A stretch of 29,248 nucleotides of DNA from an uncultured virus (IMG/VR IMGVR_UViG_3300018080_000012) (IMGVR_UViG_3300018080_000012); one strand, 5' to 3'. Numbered from the stretch's first letter, positions 1 to 8,113 are shown. The notes: generated by a model from the letters alone, not told the origin. Numbers and translations are program-made.

Positions 1-299
1 TTTTCACACGCCTCGTCGAATATTTTAGACAACAATAATATTGCTCTACTTCTTTTATCATCTTTAGAAAAAACCATAGAAAAACCATATTTATCAAAAT
101 TCTTCCTTGAATCTTTATTTATTAATATATCATAAGATTTTTTTATCTTCATAAAAATATCTGAATCTCCTTTATTAACATCGGGATGATATTTCTTAGA
201 TAATCTATAAAAAGCTTTTTTGATATCCGTATCAGTTGCTTTTCTATTTATACCAAGAATATCGTAAGGATTATTTGATTTTTCTATTCTCTCTTTCAT
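1..299 (-). CDS. J-domain (DnaJ-like) protein, 3' end outside window
   Basis: Not in ORF track; manual translation from ATG at 299: MKERIEKSNNPYDILGINRKATDTDIKKAFYRLSKKYHPDVNKGDSDIFMKIKKSYDIL...RKNFDKYG, a canonical J-domain with HPD. Confidence 0.92.
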   Translation of the reverse strand, partial: MKERIEKSNNPYDILGINRKATDTDIKKAFYRLSKKYHPDVNKGDSDIFMKIKKSYDILINKDSRKNFDKYGFSMVFSKDDKRSRAILLLSKIFDEACE

Positions 300-475
300 T
301 TTCTTAAATATCCTTTTGGACATTCTTTTATATACCAACATAATTTGAATTTATAATATTCTCTATAATATGGCATACATTCATCGTTTTGATTCTTATA
401 TTTACAATTTTTAAAATCTTCAGAACATATAACTCTATCAACAAACTCATCATAGCTTTTATCTATATCTTTCAT
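296..475 (-). CDS. small Cys-rich hypothetical protein (59 aa)
   Basis: Manual translation MKDIDKSYDEFVDRVICSEDFKNC...KECPKGYLRK; ATGA overlaps with both neighbours. Confidence 0.7.
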   Translation of the reverse strand: MKDIDKSYDEFVDRVICSEDFKNCKYKNQNDECMPYYREYYKFKLCWYIKECPKGYLRK

Positions 476-645
476 TTCTTTTTATTTTGCTCTCTTTGTT
501 TCTCTTTAAGTTTAGGCAAACCAATATTATAAGCTTTTCCCTTTTTCATAATAAATTTAGAAGCTTGTCTTTTTGTTACAGAAATATCTGCCTCTTCACA
601 ACATTTAATAAAATTACCATCTTTCATAAAATCTCTATTTGTCAT
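472..645 (-). CDS. small basic hypothetical protein
   Basis: ORF track 472..687; start moved to MTNRDF (ATG 645), which follows a GGAG Shine-Dalgarno. Confidence 0.7.
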   Translation of the reverse strand: MTNRDFMKDGNFIKCCEEADISVTKRQASKFIMKKGKAYNIGLPKLKEKQREQNKKK

Positions 646-661
646 TTTATTTCTCCAATAA

Positions 662-991
662 TTATTTATTTTTAAAAGACATATCAATTTTTGGTTCTAT
701 TTTCATTTCTTCTGGTAATGATATCATTATATCTGGAATACCAACACGAATATCTAATGGAATAGGTATATCTGAAATAGCTTTTCCTGTTGATTTATCT
801 ATAATCTTTAATTTAAAATTATCTGATTTTATTTTCACTTCTGGAAAAGATATTTCTATTTTACCTAATTTTAAACTTATTGAATTGAAACTTTTTATTT
901 TAATATCTTTCATTATGTCTTCAGCTAATTTTCCTCCTTGCTTTTGTATAAAATCATATATTTTTTCTTTAGCATTAGAAAACAATCCCAT
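662..991 (-). CDS. hypothetical protein
   Basis: 109-aa ORF with GGAGG SD. Confidence 0.75.
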   Translation of the reverse strand: MGLFSNAKEKIYDFIQKQGGKLAEDIMKDIKIKSFNSISLKLGKIEISFPEVKIKSDNFKLKIIDKSTGKAISDIPIPLDIRVGIPDIMISLPEEMKIEPKIDMSFKNK

Positions 992-1000
992 AATGACCTC

Positions 1001-1216
1001 CTATAAATTTCTTAATCTTCTCCAAAATAAACTAAACAAACAAACTAAAAATATAAAAAAAGAGATAACTATAAAATCACTATAATCTTTAAAAATAATC
1101 TTATTGAAATCTTTACTTTTACCTATACCCAATAATATATCACCTAAAATTAAAGACGTTACAAATAAAAATGAATTTCTTAAAATTACGATTAATTTTT
1201 TAATAAAATATCTCAT
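1001..1216 (-). CDS. small membrane protein (two hydrophobic segments)
   Basis: ORF track 1001..1237; likely start MRYFIKK after AAAGGTGA; hydrophobic stretches FLFVTSLILGDILLGIG and FIVISFFIFLVCLFSLFW. Confidence 0.6.
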   Translation of the reverse strand: MRYFIKKLIVILRNSFLFVTSLILGDILLGIGKSKDFNKIIFKDYSDFIVISFFIFLVCLFSLFWRRLRNL

Positions 1217-1223
1217 ATTTATA

Positions 1224-1418
1224 TCACCTTTTCTCAAAATTCAAACTATCTTTAATAGCTTCTTCGCTTATTTTTTTAAATTCTACTTCATTAATAGCTT
1301 CTGTACCTACCATACCCGTTTGTATGCCTTGCATATATGATTTGTAGATTATTTTATATAATTTGTCAAAATCTTCTTCATTATTTATTATCAACTCATC
1401 CACTTTTTTTCTCCTCAC
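1224..1418 (-). CDS. hypothetical protein
   Basis: 64-aa ORF in co-oriented packed array; start uncertain. Confidence 0.65.
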   Translation of the reverse strand: MRRKKVDELIINNEEDFDKLYKIIYKSYMQGIQTGMVGTEAINEVEFKKISEEAIKDSLNFEKR

Positions 1419-1581
1419 TTAACATTTTTCTTAAATATTGCTTAGGATCTTCAAATCTTTTTATATTATATTCTCTTATATCGTTCAAGCATAAGCAGCA
1501 TACAGTTAATTCTTGACCTAAATAATATATCCGTTCACCCTCTTCTATTCCCAATGTTTTTTTACATCTATCACAAATCAT
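1396..1581 (-). CDS. small zinc-ribbon-like protein
   Basis: CDRC...CCLC motifs. Confidence 0.65.
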   Translation of the reverse strand: MICDRCKKTLGIEEGERIYYLGQELTVCCLCLNDIREYNIKRFEDPKQYLRKMLSEEKKSG

Positions 1582-1764
1582 TTAAAATCTCTCTTTAAAA
1601 TATCTGTCTATTATATCGAAAATTTCTTTTTTATCAATTTCCATAGCCTCTCCATTTTGATTTGAAAGCATTATAAGACCTTTATAATCTTCATCAAGTA
1701 TATCTATTGTATAACATTCATGTTCTTCTCTAAAAGTTAATGTAATAATAGAATTTTTATACAA
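1582..1764 (-). CDS. hypothetical protein
   Basis: 60-aa ORF abutting neighbours. Confidence 0.65.
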   Translation of the reverse strand: MYKNSIITLTFREEHECYTIDILDEDYKGLIMLSNQNGEAMEIDKKEIFDIIDRYFKERF

Positions 1765-1975
1765 ATTTTTTTCCTTCTATATTTTTTAATGCTTCAATAA
1801 TCTCTTCTTTTGACGTATTTTTTAAACAATCCATACATACAAAAAATTTATTTCCAGTCTTCTTACTCGTTATAATTTTAAAAATATTATCTAAAAGTTC
1901 TTTTGTTATTTTTTCCTTAAGATCAAACTCATCTTGATATCCACATATATCACACTCAACAACTTTTTTTATCAT
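1757..1975 (-). CDS. small zinc-ribbon-like protein
   Basis: CDIC...CMDC motifs; ATG lies 6 nt after a predicted -10 box. Confidence 0.72.
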   Translation of the reverse strand: MIKKVVECDICGYQDEFDLKEKITKELLDNIFKIITSKKTGNKFFVCMDCLKNTSKEEIIEALKNIEGKKFV

Positions 1976-1981
1976 AATTTA

Positions 1982-2010
1982 AATATATATCTTTAAAATA
2001 TATTGTAAAC
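1982..2010 (-). promoter_or_regulatory. predicted promoter GTTTAC-N17-TATATT (leaderless)
   Basis: Matches motif repeated in several intergenic gaps; ATG at 1975 follows -10 by 6 nt. Confidence 0.7.
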
Positions 2011-2013
2011 AAA

Positions 2014-2181
2014 CTATTTTAATATTCTTTTCAATACTCTACTAAGTAGTTTTTCTTTTATATAACCTAAAGTATCATCGTTTTTACATTTTTTTATCTC
2101 GTCTTTTATAATATTTATTATTCTTGTTTGTTCATTCTTTAATAAATTTTCAACTTGATAGTCTTTCTTTAATACGCTCAT
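2014..2181 (-). CDS. small hypothetical protein (55 aa)
   Basis: Manual translation MSVLKKDYQVENLLKNEQ...VLKRILK; fills gap; AGGA upstream. Confidence 0.6.
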   Translation of the reverse strand: MSVLKKDYQVENLLKNEQTRIINIIKDEIKKCKNDDTLGYIKEKLLSRVLKRILK

Positions 2182-2186
2182 TATAT

Positions 2187-2450
2187 CTATCCTATTTTAT
2201 TATCGTTTTTTATAAGATCTTTTTGAATGTCGTCTAAATCCTTACCAATAAATAATGATATTATAATCATTCTATCTTCACTTTCGTAAATAAACTCTGT
2301 ACCATTTATTTTCATAGCCTTTTCCATAGTTGCTAGACTTATTATATCACATATTTCATCGAATTTATCTGCAAGATAATTTTCTAATATAATATCTTTA
2401 ATTTCATTAGAATCATTATTTGAAATTTTTTCTTCTTTATTTTCATCCAT
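2187..2450 (-). CDS. hypothetical acidic protein
   Basis: 87-aa ORF with GGAG upstream. Confidence 0.7.
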   Translation of the reverse strand: MDENKEEKISNNDSNEIKDIILENYLADKFDEICDIISLATMEKAMKINGTEFIYESEDRMIIISLFIGKDLDDIQKDLIKNDNKIG

Positions 2451-2453
2451 TCT

Positions 2454-2642
2454 TTAGATGCTCCTTATCTTTTCTATAACAATCTTTCTTCTACTTACAA
2501 AAATTATATTATTGTACATTTTATAATCTTCTCCTTTTACAAGCACACCCTTTTTTATAGAATCTCTTATCTTAAATGATTCTATTCCAGTTAATTTATA
2601 AAACCCTGGTAGTGTTAACCAATTACTTATACTATATTTCAT
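2454..2642 (-). CDS. small putative winged-HTH/excisionase-like DNA-binding protein
   Basis: WLTL..FYKLTG.....IRDSIKKG.L..GEDYK pattern resembles small HTH proteins; ATGA coupling. Confidence 0.4.
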   Translation of the reverse strand: MKYSISNWLTLPGFYKLTGIESFKIRDSIKKGVLVKGEDYKMYNNIIFVSRRKIVIEKIRSI

Positions 2643-3328
2643 TTAATTACTCTAAAACCTTCTTCTTTTATTTCTACACCTAATTTCTTCATCTTCCCAG
2701 ATATATCTTTTAACATTTCTGAATCTTTTATCACATCTATTAAAACCATTCTCATTTTTATAAATAAATATTCTACTTGTTCTAATGAAAACGATACTTT
2801 TGGCGCATGCTTCATCTCCCACTGCGCTTTCTTAAAATTAACTATATTATCTATCAACCACATCAATTGACCGGGTTTTCTTGATATTTCTTCATCGCTC
2901 GTTTCTTTTAAATATTTCCTTAATAAAGCTAATGCTAAATGAATTTCTGATGTTACGTTGTCAAGTTCTTCTGAATCTACATCTTGAATTTCTTTCAATT
3001 CTTTTTGTAATGCTCCTTCTCTTCCCAATTTATATACACCTAGCTTTTCTCTTATTTCATTCATAGCAGCATTCTTCTTTCCCATTCTATTTCTTCCGCT
3101 ATGGAATCTACAAACTAACATATCTTTTAATACTCTATTACCACACTGTTTTATTCCTCCGTCTCTTTTTACTAATGCCTGACATCTTATATTTACAGTG
3201 CCATTTTTATGTGTTGTAAATCTTTCCCATCCTTCTCTTTCTATTGTAGCTGATTTCTTTTTTAGCTTATCAAATATCTTGTTTAAATGTTTCTTTCTTT
3301 TTTCAATTTCTTTTTCTTTATTTTTCAT
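2639..3328 (-). CDS. CCCH zinc-finger (HGGxSTG-like) protein, possible terminase small subunit-like
   Basis: RCQA...QCGN...VCRFHSG...GKKNA followed by helical region, a layout seen in some phage TerS-like proteins. Confidence 0.45.
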   Translation of the reverse strand: MKNKEKEIEKRKKHLNKIFDKLKKKSATIEREGWERFTTHKNGTVNIRCQALVKRDGGIKQCGNRVLKDMLVCRFHSGRNRMGKKNAAMNEIREKLGVYKLGREGALQKELKEIQDVDSEELDNVTSEIHLALALLRKYLKETSDEEISRKPGQLMWLIDNIVNFKKAQWEMKHAPKVSFSLEQVEYLFIKMRMVLIDVIKDSEMLKDISGKMKKLGVEIKEEGFRVIK

Positions 3329-3357
3329 AAAAATGTCTCAAAAGTATCTTTTATACA

Positions 3358-3386
3358 ATTATATATTTTATATCAAAAATTTTTAC
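3358..3386 (-). promoter_or_regulatory. possible promoter GTAAAA-N17-TATAAT
   Basis: Perfect -10 in a 66-bp intergenic gap; -35 only partly matches the motif. Confidence 0.45.
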
Positions 3387-3394
3387 CTATATTT

Positions 3395-3994
3395 CTATTT
3401 CAAACTCTTTCGTAATTGTACTATCCATTTAGTATTGTTCTTAGCTCGTTCAACTTCTTTTTTATATTCTTCAGTATGATATTTAAGATTTGAATTTAAT
3501 AATTTTAATTGTTCTTCTTTCCATTGTTCACCATTTAATTTATTTATTTTATTCTTCTTGTTTTCATAATATGATATATCACAATCAAAATCAATAGAAT
3601 CATCAATTTGCTTTTTCATAAATTCTTTTAATTCAAAATGATTTTTTGTTGGTGGCTTCCATGCTATAACTTTTTTTAACATTTCTTGATATTTCTGTAA
3701 TAAGTTTGTATTATCAATTACCATATCATCACAACGCTTTATCTCTTTCAAATATTCATCGTTAGCTTTTTTATTTGCAATTTTAATATTCATTTTATTT
3801 AAAATTATAATTTGCTTTTTTATTTCTTCAATTTGTTTTAAATGATATTTTGATGGTTCAAATTTTTTTGGAATCGGAGTATCTAAACTATTATCTTTTA
3901 ACGAAACACAAGCTCCAAATGCTCTAGCACAAGTTATAGCGAATTCTTCAAAACTTATTCCTTTTTTAATATCGTTTGTATATCCTGTTGACAT
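3395..3994 (-). CDS. conserved phage hypothetical protein (MxTGYT...CARAFGA type)
   Basis: 199-aa ORF, AGGAG SD; N-terminal pattern recognisable from phage proteins of unknown function. Confidence 0.7.
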   Translation of the reverse strand: MSTGYTNDIKKGISFEEFAITCARAFGACVSLKDNSLDTPIPKKFEPSKYHLKQIEEIKKQIIILNKMNIKIANKKANDEYLKEIKRCDDMVIDNTNLLQKYQEMLKKVIAWKPPTKNHFELKEFMKKQIDDSIDFDCDISYYENKKNKINKLNGEQWKEEQLKLLNSNLKYHTEEYKKEVERAKNNTKWIVQLRKSLK

Positions 3995-4014
3995 TTTACT
4001 ACTCCTTTAAATTA

Positions 4015-4215
4015 TTATTCTAAATATATTTCAATTACTTTTGCTTCAAAATCGAATAAAATTTCTTTAACAGTCTTCTCTCTTACTACGCATTGCGATA
4101 TATCCTTAAATACAATTTTATCTCCTGAATTAGGAATTATAAAATTTTTTAATTCCATTTCTGTATATCTTCCTACTAAATCACCGTTATTATCATAAAT
4201 TAATATATTATCCAT
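4015..4215 (-). CDS. hypothetical protein
   Basis: 66-aa ORF in array. Confidence 0.7.
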   Translation of the reverse strand: MDNILIYDNNGDLVGRYTEMELKNFIIPNSGDKIVFKDISQCVVREKTVKEILFDFEAKVIEIYLE

Positions 4216-4218
4216 TAT

Positions 4219-4686
4219 TTATATTCCTCTATTATTAAAAAATTTCTTTATCTTACTAATAATTCCTTTACAATTTTTACATTCTAAACAATCTACCTCA
4301 TCTGTTTCATATTGATTAATGTAAATACTTTTATCTAAAAACCCTAATAGTGCCGATATCCCTTCTCCACTATAGCTTGTATGTGATAATCTCGGAATTA
4401 TTCTTTTAACTTTTCCTGATCCATCACATTTATTCTCAATAATATTCATTTTATGCAAAATTAATTTTCTACCAAACCAATTACACACTGTTATCTTCAC
4501 CCATCTTCTATCTCGTGAGTCATATATTGGATCCTTTAATTCATAAAAATTATATTTTGTTTTCTCATCTTTTTCTAATTTCAATCGTTTTTCATGAATT
4601 CTAAACCACTTGCTTGAATGCCTATTTGACCAATAACCTTTTCGTCCATGTTTTCCTTTTTCATTTAATAATTGTAAAGAATTCAT
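4219..4686 (-). CDS. hypothetical basic protein with Cys motifs
   Basis: 155-aa ORF, GGAG SD, CDGSG and CLECKNCKG. Confidence 0.7.
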   Translation of the reverse strand: MNSLQLLNEKGKHGRKGYWSNRHSSKWFRIHEKRLKLEKDEKTKYNFYELKDPIYDSRDRRWVKITVCNWFGRKLILHKMNIIENKCDGSGKVKRIIPRLSHTSYSGEGISALLGFLDKSIYINQYETDEVDCLECKNCKGIISKIKKFFNNRGI

Positions 4687-4928
4687 TATTTATATTGCTC
4701 CAATAATACTTCTTTTTTTCCTATCTCTGTTGTTAATGTAAAGTTTTCAAACATATCAAAACCTTTAAACCTCTTATCATTTTTTATCAATTGAAAAAAA
4801 CTTTGTCGTATTATAGCTTCATAAAACCCTCTTTTAATTTTACTACTATATAAACAACCACATACCATCAATTTATTAAGTTCACTTATTATTTTCCAAT
4901 CTTTTGTTTCATTTAAATATATTTTCAT
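4686..4928 (-). CDS. hypothetical protein
   Basis: 80-aa ORF coupled to neighbours. Confidence 0.7.
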   Translation of the reverse strand: MKIYLNETKDWKIISELNKLMVCGCLYSSKIKRGFYEAIIRQSFFQLIKNDKRFKGFDMFENFTLTTEIGKKEVLLEQYK

Positions 4929-5194
4929 TTTTTATTCAGTTTTTCCTGTAATTCTTTGATAGCTTGTTCGTATAAATTTATTATTTTTCTTATAGGTTGT
5001 AATCCTTGTTTGTTATAACTTTCGAAAAAAATACTCCATTCAAATCTCGCCTTCTCTAATGTACTCTTCTCAAGCAATCCTTTTTTTCTGAGCCTCTGCT
5101 TTACGATTTCGGGAAAAAAATCAGTCCAATGGTTATCTATCAAATGCTGTGCTATTACCTCCAATATTTCATCTAATTCTTTTTCTGAAATCAT
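4925..5194 (-). CDS. hypothetical protein
   Basis: 89-aa ORF, AAGGAG SD. Confidence 0.72.
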   Translation of the reverse strand: MISEKELDEILEVIAQHLIDNHWTDFFPEIVKQRLRKKGLLEKSTLEKARFEWSIFFESYNKQGLQPIRKIINLYEQAIKELQEKLNKK

Positions 5195-5197
5195 TTT

Positions 5198-5359
5198 TTA
5201 TTTCTCCTTATCTGCCAATACTAATTTTAATAATTCTTCAACATCATCCCAACTCATCTTGTCTCCATAAGCCTGTTGAATAATAAAAAAAACATGAATA
5301 CTTGACAAGTCTAACATTATTTTTGCTATCTTCTTTCCAAATTCAGATGATACTTTCAC
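5198..5359 (-). CDS. small hypothetical protein (53 aa, GTG start)
   Basis: Manual translation MKVSSEFGKKIAKIML...LADKEK; GGGAG SD. Confidence 0.6.
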   Translation of the reverse strand: MKVSSEFGKKIAKIMLDLSSIHVFFIIQQAYGDKMSWDDVEELLKLVLADKEK

Positions 5360-5376
5360 TTTTCTTCTCCCGTTTT

Positions 5377-5550
5377 TTATTCTTTACTATCCTTCAATTC
5401 ATATTTCTTACTTCCTTCAATTATAAAATCATTCAAAGCGCATTTGAATTTATCTACGTCCATGTATTTTTCAAAATAAACTCTCATTTTTATCAAACAA
5501 CCTGATTCAAAAAATTCTTTATTTTTCATTTTAATATTTATATTTATCAT
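5377..5550 (-). CDS. small hypothetical protein
   Basis: ORF track 5377..5580; start moved to MININ after AGGAG SD. Confidence 0.6.
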   Translation of the reverse strand: MININIKMKNKEFFESGCLIKMRVYFEKYMDVDKFKCALNDFIIEGSKKYELKDSKE

Positions 5551-5671
5551 ATCTTCTCCTTTTTTTATCACCACAATCAAACACTTTGCTTTGTATTTTT
5601 TCTATATACCAAGCTATATATTTTTCAAGCAATCCTCTTATTCTTAAATCTATTATTCTAAAATTCTTCAT
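5531..5671 (-). CDS. small hypothetical protein (46 aa)
   Basis: Manual translation MKNFRIIDLRIRGLLEKYIAWYIEK...; fills gap. Confidence 0.45.
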   Translation of the reverse strand: MKNFRIIDLRIRGLLEKYIAWYIEKIQSKVFDCGDKKRRRYDKYKY

Positions 5672-5819
5672 CTTCTTCTAACATATCCAATACCTTCCAA
5701 AGCCCTTCTTTATATTCTAATCTATTATACAATTTTGGTTTTAATTTATTATCATTAACTATATAATATTTTTTATTTATCTCTTCAATTATTCTTTTTT
5801 TTAATTTTTCTTTATCTAT
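5658..5819 (-). CDS. small ORF lacking a canonical start (possible ATA start or decayed gene)
   Basis: Open frame IDKEKLKKRIIEEINKK...LEEDEEF preceded by AGAGGA; no in-frame ATG/GTG/TTG upstream. Confidence 0.4.
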   Translation of the reverse strand: MDKEKLKKRIIEEINKKYYIVNDNKLKPKLYNRLEYKEGLWKVLDMLEEDEEF

Positions 5820-5854
5820 CGTTCCTCTTTTATCTTTATTATATTCTATTGCAT

Positions 5855-5925
5855 CTGGTGAGCAGGGATTTGAACCCCAACAGACAGCTCCAAAAGCTGT
5901 TGTGCTACCATTACACCACTCACCA
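5855..5925 (-). tRNA. tRNA-Gln(UUG)
   Basis: TGGTGAG/CTCACCA acceptor stem, D arm GTGT-AATGGTA-GCAC, anticodon arm ACAGC-TTTTGGA-GCTGT, T loop TTCAAAT, U1-A72 and G73 as in tRNA-Gln; no encoded CCA. Confidence 0.93.
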
Positions 5926-6099
5926 TTATGCTTTTTTATATATCTTTATACTCTCTATCAATTCATTAGCTATTTTTTTATAACCGGCCATTAATTTCCA
6001 TTGTTCATCAATTGTATCATATAGATTTCTTATATGCTTATCTTGAAATTCTATTTTTTGTTTCAATACTTTTATTAATTCTTTTTCTTCTATATTCAT
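5926..6099 (-). CDS. small coiled-coil hypothetical protein (57 aa)
   Basis: Manual translation MNIEEKELIKVLKQKIEFQ...IYKKA; stop abuts tRNA 5' end. Confidence 0.65.
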   Translation of the reverse strand: MNIEEKELIKVLKQKIEFQDKHIRNLYDTIDEQWKLMAGYKKIANELIESIKIYKKA

Positions 6100-6269
6100 T
6101 TTATTTTTATTTCCTTTTCTTCCAATATCCCCTCATCTATTAATTTTTGTTTTATAATCGTTGTTTTAAAAAAAAATTTACCTTTTTCAGATTTCCATAT
6201 ACATTCATCACTATTCTCCATTAAAACTTTTAATACATTAATAAGTAAATCTTCATTTATTTTATTCAT
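6096..6269 (-). CDS. small hypothetical protein (57 aa)
   Basis: Manual translation MNKINEDLLINVLKVLMENSDECIW...; ATGA overlap with next gene. Confidence 0.62.
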   Translation of the reverse strand: MNKINEDLLINVLKVLMENSDECIWKSEKGKFFFKTTIIKQKLIDEGILEEKEIKIK

Positions 6270-6305
6270 CGTTTTTCTCTTTTTCTTTTAATCTATCTTC
6301 TAATT

Positions 6306-6488
6306 TCACTTTAACCTCTCCCATCTTATTTTTTTTAATTCCTCTACTAACTTTTCAGATATATATTGTATATCATATATATTTGAACCATCTTCATATC
6401 TATATCTAGAATCTAAACTCAATGTTTCAATAGTTCCCAAAACATCTATAATGCTATTCAATAGCTCATTATTTATCTCTTTACTCAT
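6306..6488 (-). CDS. hypothetical protein
   Basis: 60-aa ORF. Confidence 0.65.
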   Translation of the reverse strand: MSKEINNELLNSIIDVLGTIETLSLDSRYRYEDGSNIYDIQYISEKLVEELKKIRWERLK

Positions 6489-6506
6489 TTTATAATATCC
6501 TCTATC

Positions 6507-6722
6507 TTATAAATTTATAAATTCGTATCCATATTCTGAATATTCATTTTGTACTTTCATTATAGCTTCTTCTACATCTTTTGCCTTAAAAAGTTTGGTT
6601 CCCTCGCGATATCTTTTATTGTCGATGTAATATCCTTCTACTTCTTTTGAAGCGCAACAGTCGTAAGCTGTAAACGACCCATCGTCTTCTTTTATTATAG
6701 CAATGAAATTATCAGCCGACAT
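6507..6722 (-). CDS. hypothetical protein
   Basis: 71-aa ORF, AAGGAG SD. Confidence 0.72.
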   Translation of the reverse strand: MSADNFIAIIKEDDGSFTAYDCCASKEVEGYYIDNKRYREGTKLFKAKDVEEAIMKVQNEYSEYGYEFINL

Positions 6723-6723
6723 A

Positions 6724-6969
6724 TCACTTTCTCCTTCTTATATTATTTATCTCTTCATCCCAAATTTCTGAAGATTTTTTATAAATACCGTTATCTAACT
6801 TACCATCTATTAAATATCTCAAAGTGCATAAAAATAATTCGACCCTTTGTTTTTTTACAATTAATAACTCTCTATCATCTTTCTCTGTATAATTCTCAAA
6901 GAATAATTTAGCTTCTTTTATTAACTTATCAATCGATTCTAATTTTGTTAATTTCTTTTTCATTTTCAA
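6724..6969 (-). CDS. hypothetical protein
   Basis: 81-aa ORF; start may be ATG at 6963. Confidence 0.68.
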   Translation of the reverse strand: MKMKKKLTKLESIDKLIKEAKLFFENYTEKDDRELLIVKKQRVELFLCTLRYLIDGKLDNGIYKKSSEIWDEEINNIRRRK

Positions 6970-7352
6970 CCTATTTTTAAATCATTGTCAAATTTCATTT
7001 TCATAAATATAGCAAAATCATCTAAACATTTTACTGGATCTTTAGAAATACTAAGAGATATTAAAAAAGACAAAGCTATCTCATCTATAATGATATCCAT
7101 TTTTTTATTTTTATTTTTTAATTTCACACTATCTTTTTCAAATATAGAGCTTATAGCATCTTTTATACTTTCTATTCCTTCTTCTCTTTTTATCATGATT
7201 GAACTAAGAAAAATAATCATAAATAACTTTAAAAAGAAAGCTGTTATTATTTTGCTCCCAAACAATTCATTTAATTCTTTCTCTTTCTCTTTTGATATAG
7301 TGTTCTGTTCGCTCTGTTTTTTCATTTCTTCATATCTTCCTTTTAAACTCAT
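6966..7352 (-). CDS. hypothetical protein with hydrophobic segment
   Basis: 128-aa ORF, AAGGAG SD, IITAFFLKLFMIIFLSSIMI. Confidence 0.7.
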   Translation of the reverse strand: MSLKGRYEEMKKQSEQNTISKEKEKELNELFGSKIITAFFLKLFMIIFLSSIMIKREEGIESIKDAISSIFEKDSVKLKNKNKKMDIIIDEIALSFLISLSISKDPVKCLDDFAIFMKMKFDNDLKIG

Positions 7353-7380
7353 AGTTTCTCTCCTTTAATTTTTATTAAAT

Positions 7381-7397
7381 AAATTGAAGCTACACAA
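7381..7397 (+). repeat. 17-bp inverted repeat, left copy AAATTGAAGCTACACAA
   Basis: Exact reverse complement of 7918..7934. Confidence 0.92.
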
Positions 7398-7403
7398 TTT
7401 ATT

Positions 7404-7901
7404 TTATTTTTTTATGTAACGTTTACTTACCCAGCCTTCATATCCTTTTGCTTTTATCTTATACCAAGCTACATTTTTATCTGTTATAGTTTTTATCTTA
7501 CTTCCTGGCCATACAAATCCTATCACATTATCCGAAGATTTTTTAGCTGATTTTCTTAATGTCGCGCCTTTTCCAATAACTTCAGTCATTTTATCATTAA
7601 CAGTTCCTATATACAGCCACCCAGCCATTTCTTTTTTCGATTGTTTATCTACAACAATAACTTGAATATATGATGGTTTTGTAGAAATAACATCATATTT
7701 CGTACCTGAAAAGACATAAATCAAATTCTTAGATTCTTCAGAAAACGAAGGTTTGCTTTTCAAATTGCATATACCTCTAACTGGATCTATTTCAATCATA
7801 TCTTTTATTTCATTATTTATTTTTGACAGACTTTGTTTTTCTTTAGAACATCCAATAATGAATAAAATCATGATTATAAATAAAACTAAAATTTTTCTCA
7901 T
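7404..7901 (-). CDS. predicted lipoprotein with SH3b-like domains
   Basis: Start MRKILVL after AGGAGG; lipobox FIIG-C; SH3b-like LRKSA...VIG...G...WYKI...EGWVS. Confidence 0.8.
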   Translation of the reverse strand: MRKILVLFIIMILFIIGCSKEKQSLSKINNEIKDMIEIDPVRGICNLKSKPSFSEESKNLIYVFSGTKYDVISTKPSYIQVIVVDKQSKKEMAGWLYIGTVNDKMTEVIGKGATLRKSAKKSSDNVIGFVWPGSKIKTITDKNVAWYKIKAKGYEGWVSKRYIKK

Positions 7902-7917
7902 TTCTCCTCCTTTTTTT

Positions 7918-7934
7918 TTGTGTAGCTTCAATTT
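7918..7934 (-). repeat. 17-bp inverted repeat, right copy (TTGTGTAGCTTCAATTT on +)
   Basis: Exact reverse complement of 7381..7397. Confidence 0.92.
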
Positions 7935-7939
7935 TATAT

Positions 7940-8113
7940 TTATCTTTTTTTACTTTTTCTAATAGTATTTGTTAAAACAAATGCTCTACTTTTACAAGAA
8001 ATACATCTTCCTTTGTTATTTTTCCATACTTTTGCAATATCTCTATATTTACAGTTTACACACGTAATCAACTCATCATCATCAATATTGTTTATATTAC
8101 CTATTTTAGTCAT
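7940..8113 (-). CDS. small zinc-ribbon protein (57 aa)
   Basis: Manual translation MTKIGNINNIDDDELITCVNCKY...GRCISCKSRAF; TAATG coupling. Confidence 0.68.
   Translation of the reverse strand: MTKIGNINNIDDDELITCVNCKYRDIAKVWKNNKGRCISCKSRAFVLTNTIRKSKKR

Noticed and set aside
68..90. Short duplication AAAAACCATA x2
   Set aside because: Lies within coding sequence and is expected by chance in AT-rich DNA
212..4534. Restriction-site avoidance as evidence on DNA modification
   Set aside because: AAGCTT (212), GAATTC (3941), GGATCC (4529) and many GATC are present; no conclusion is possible without observed/expected counts
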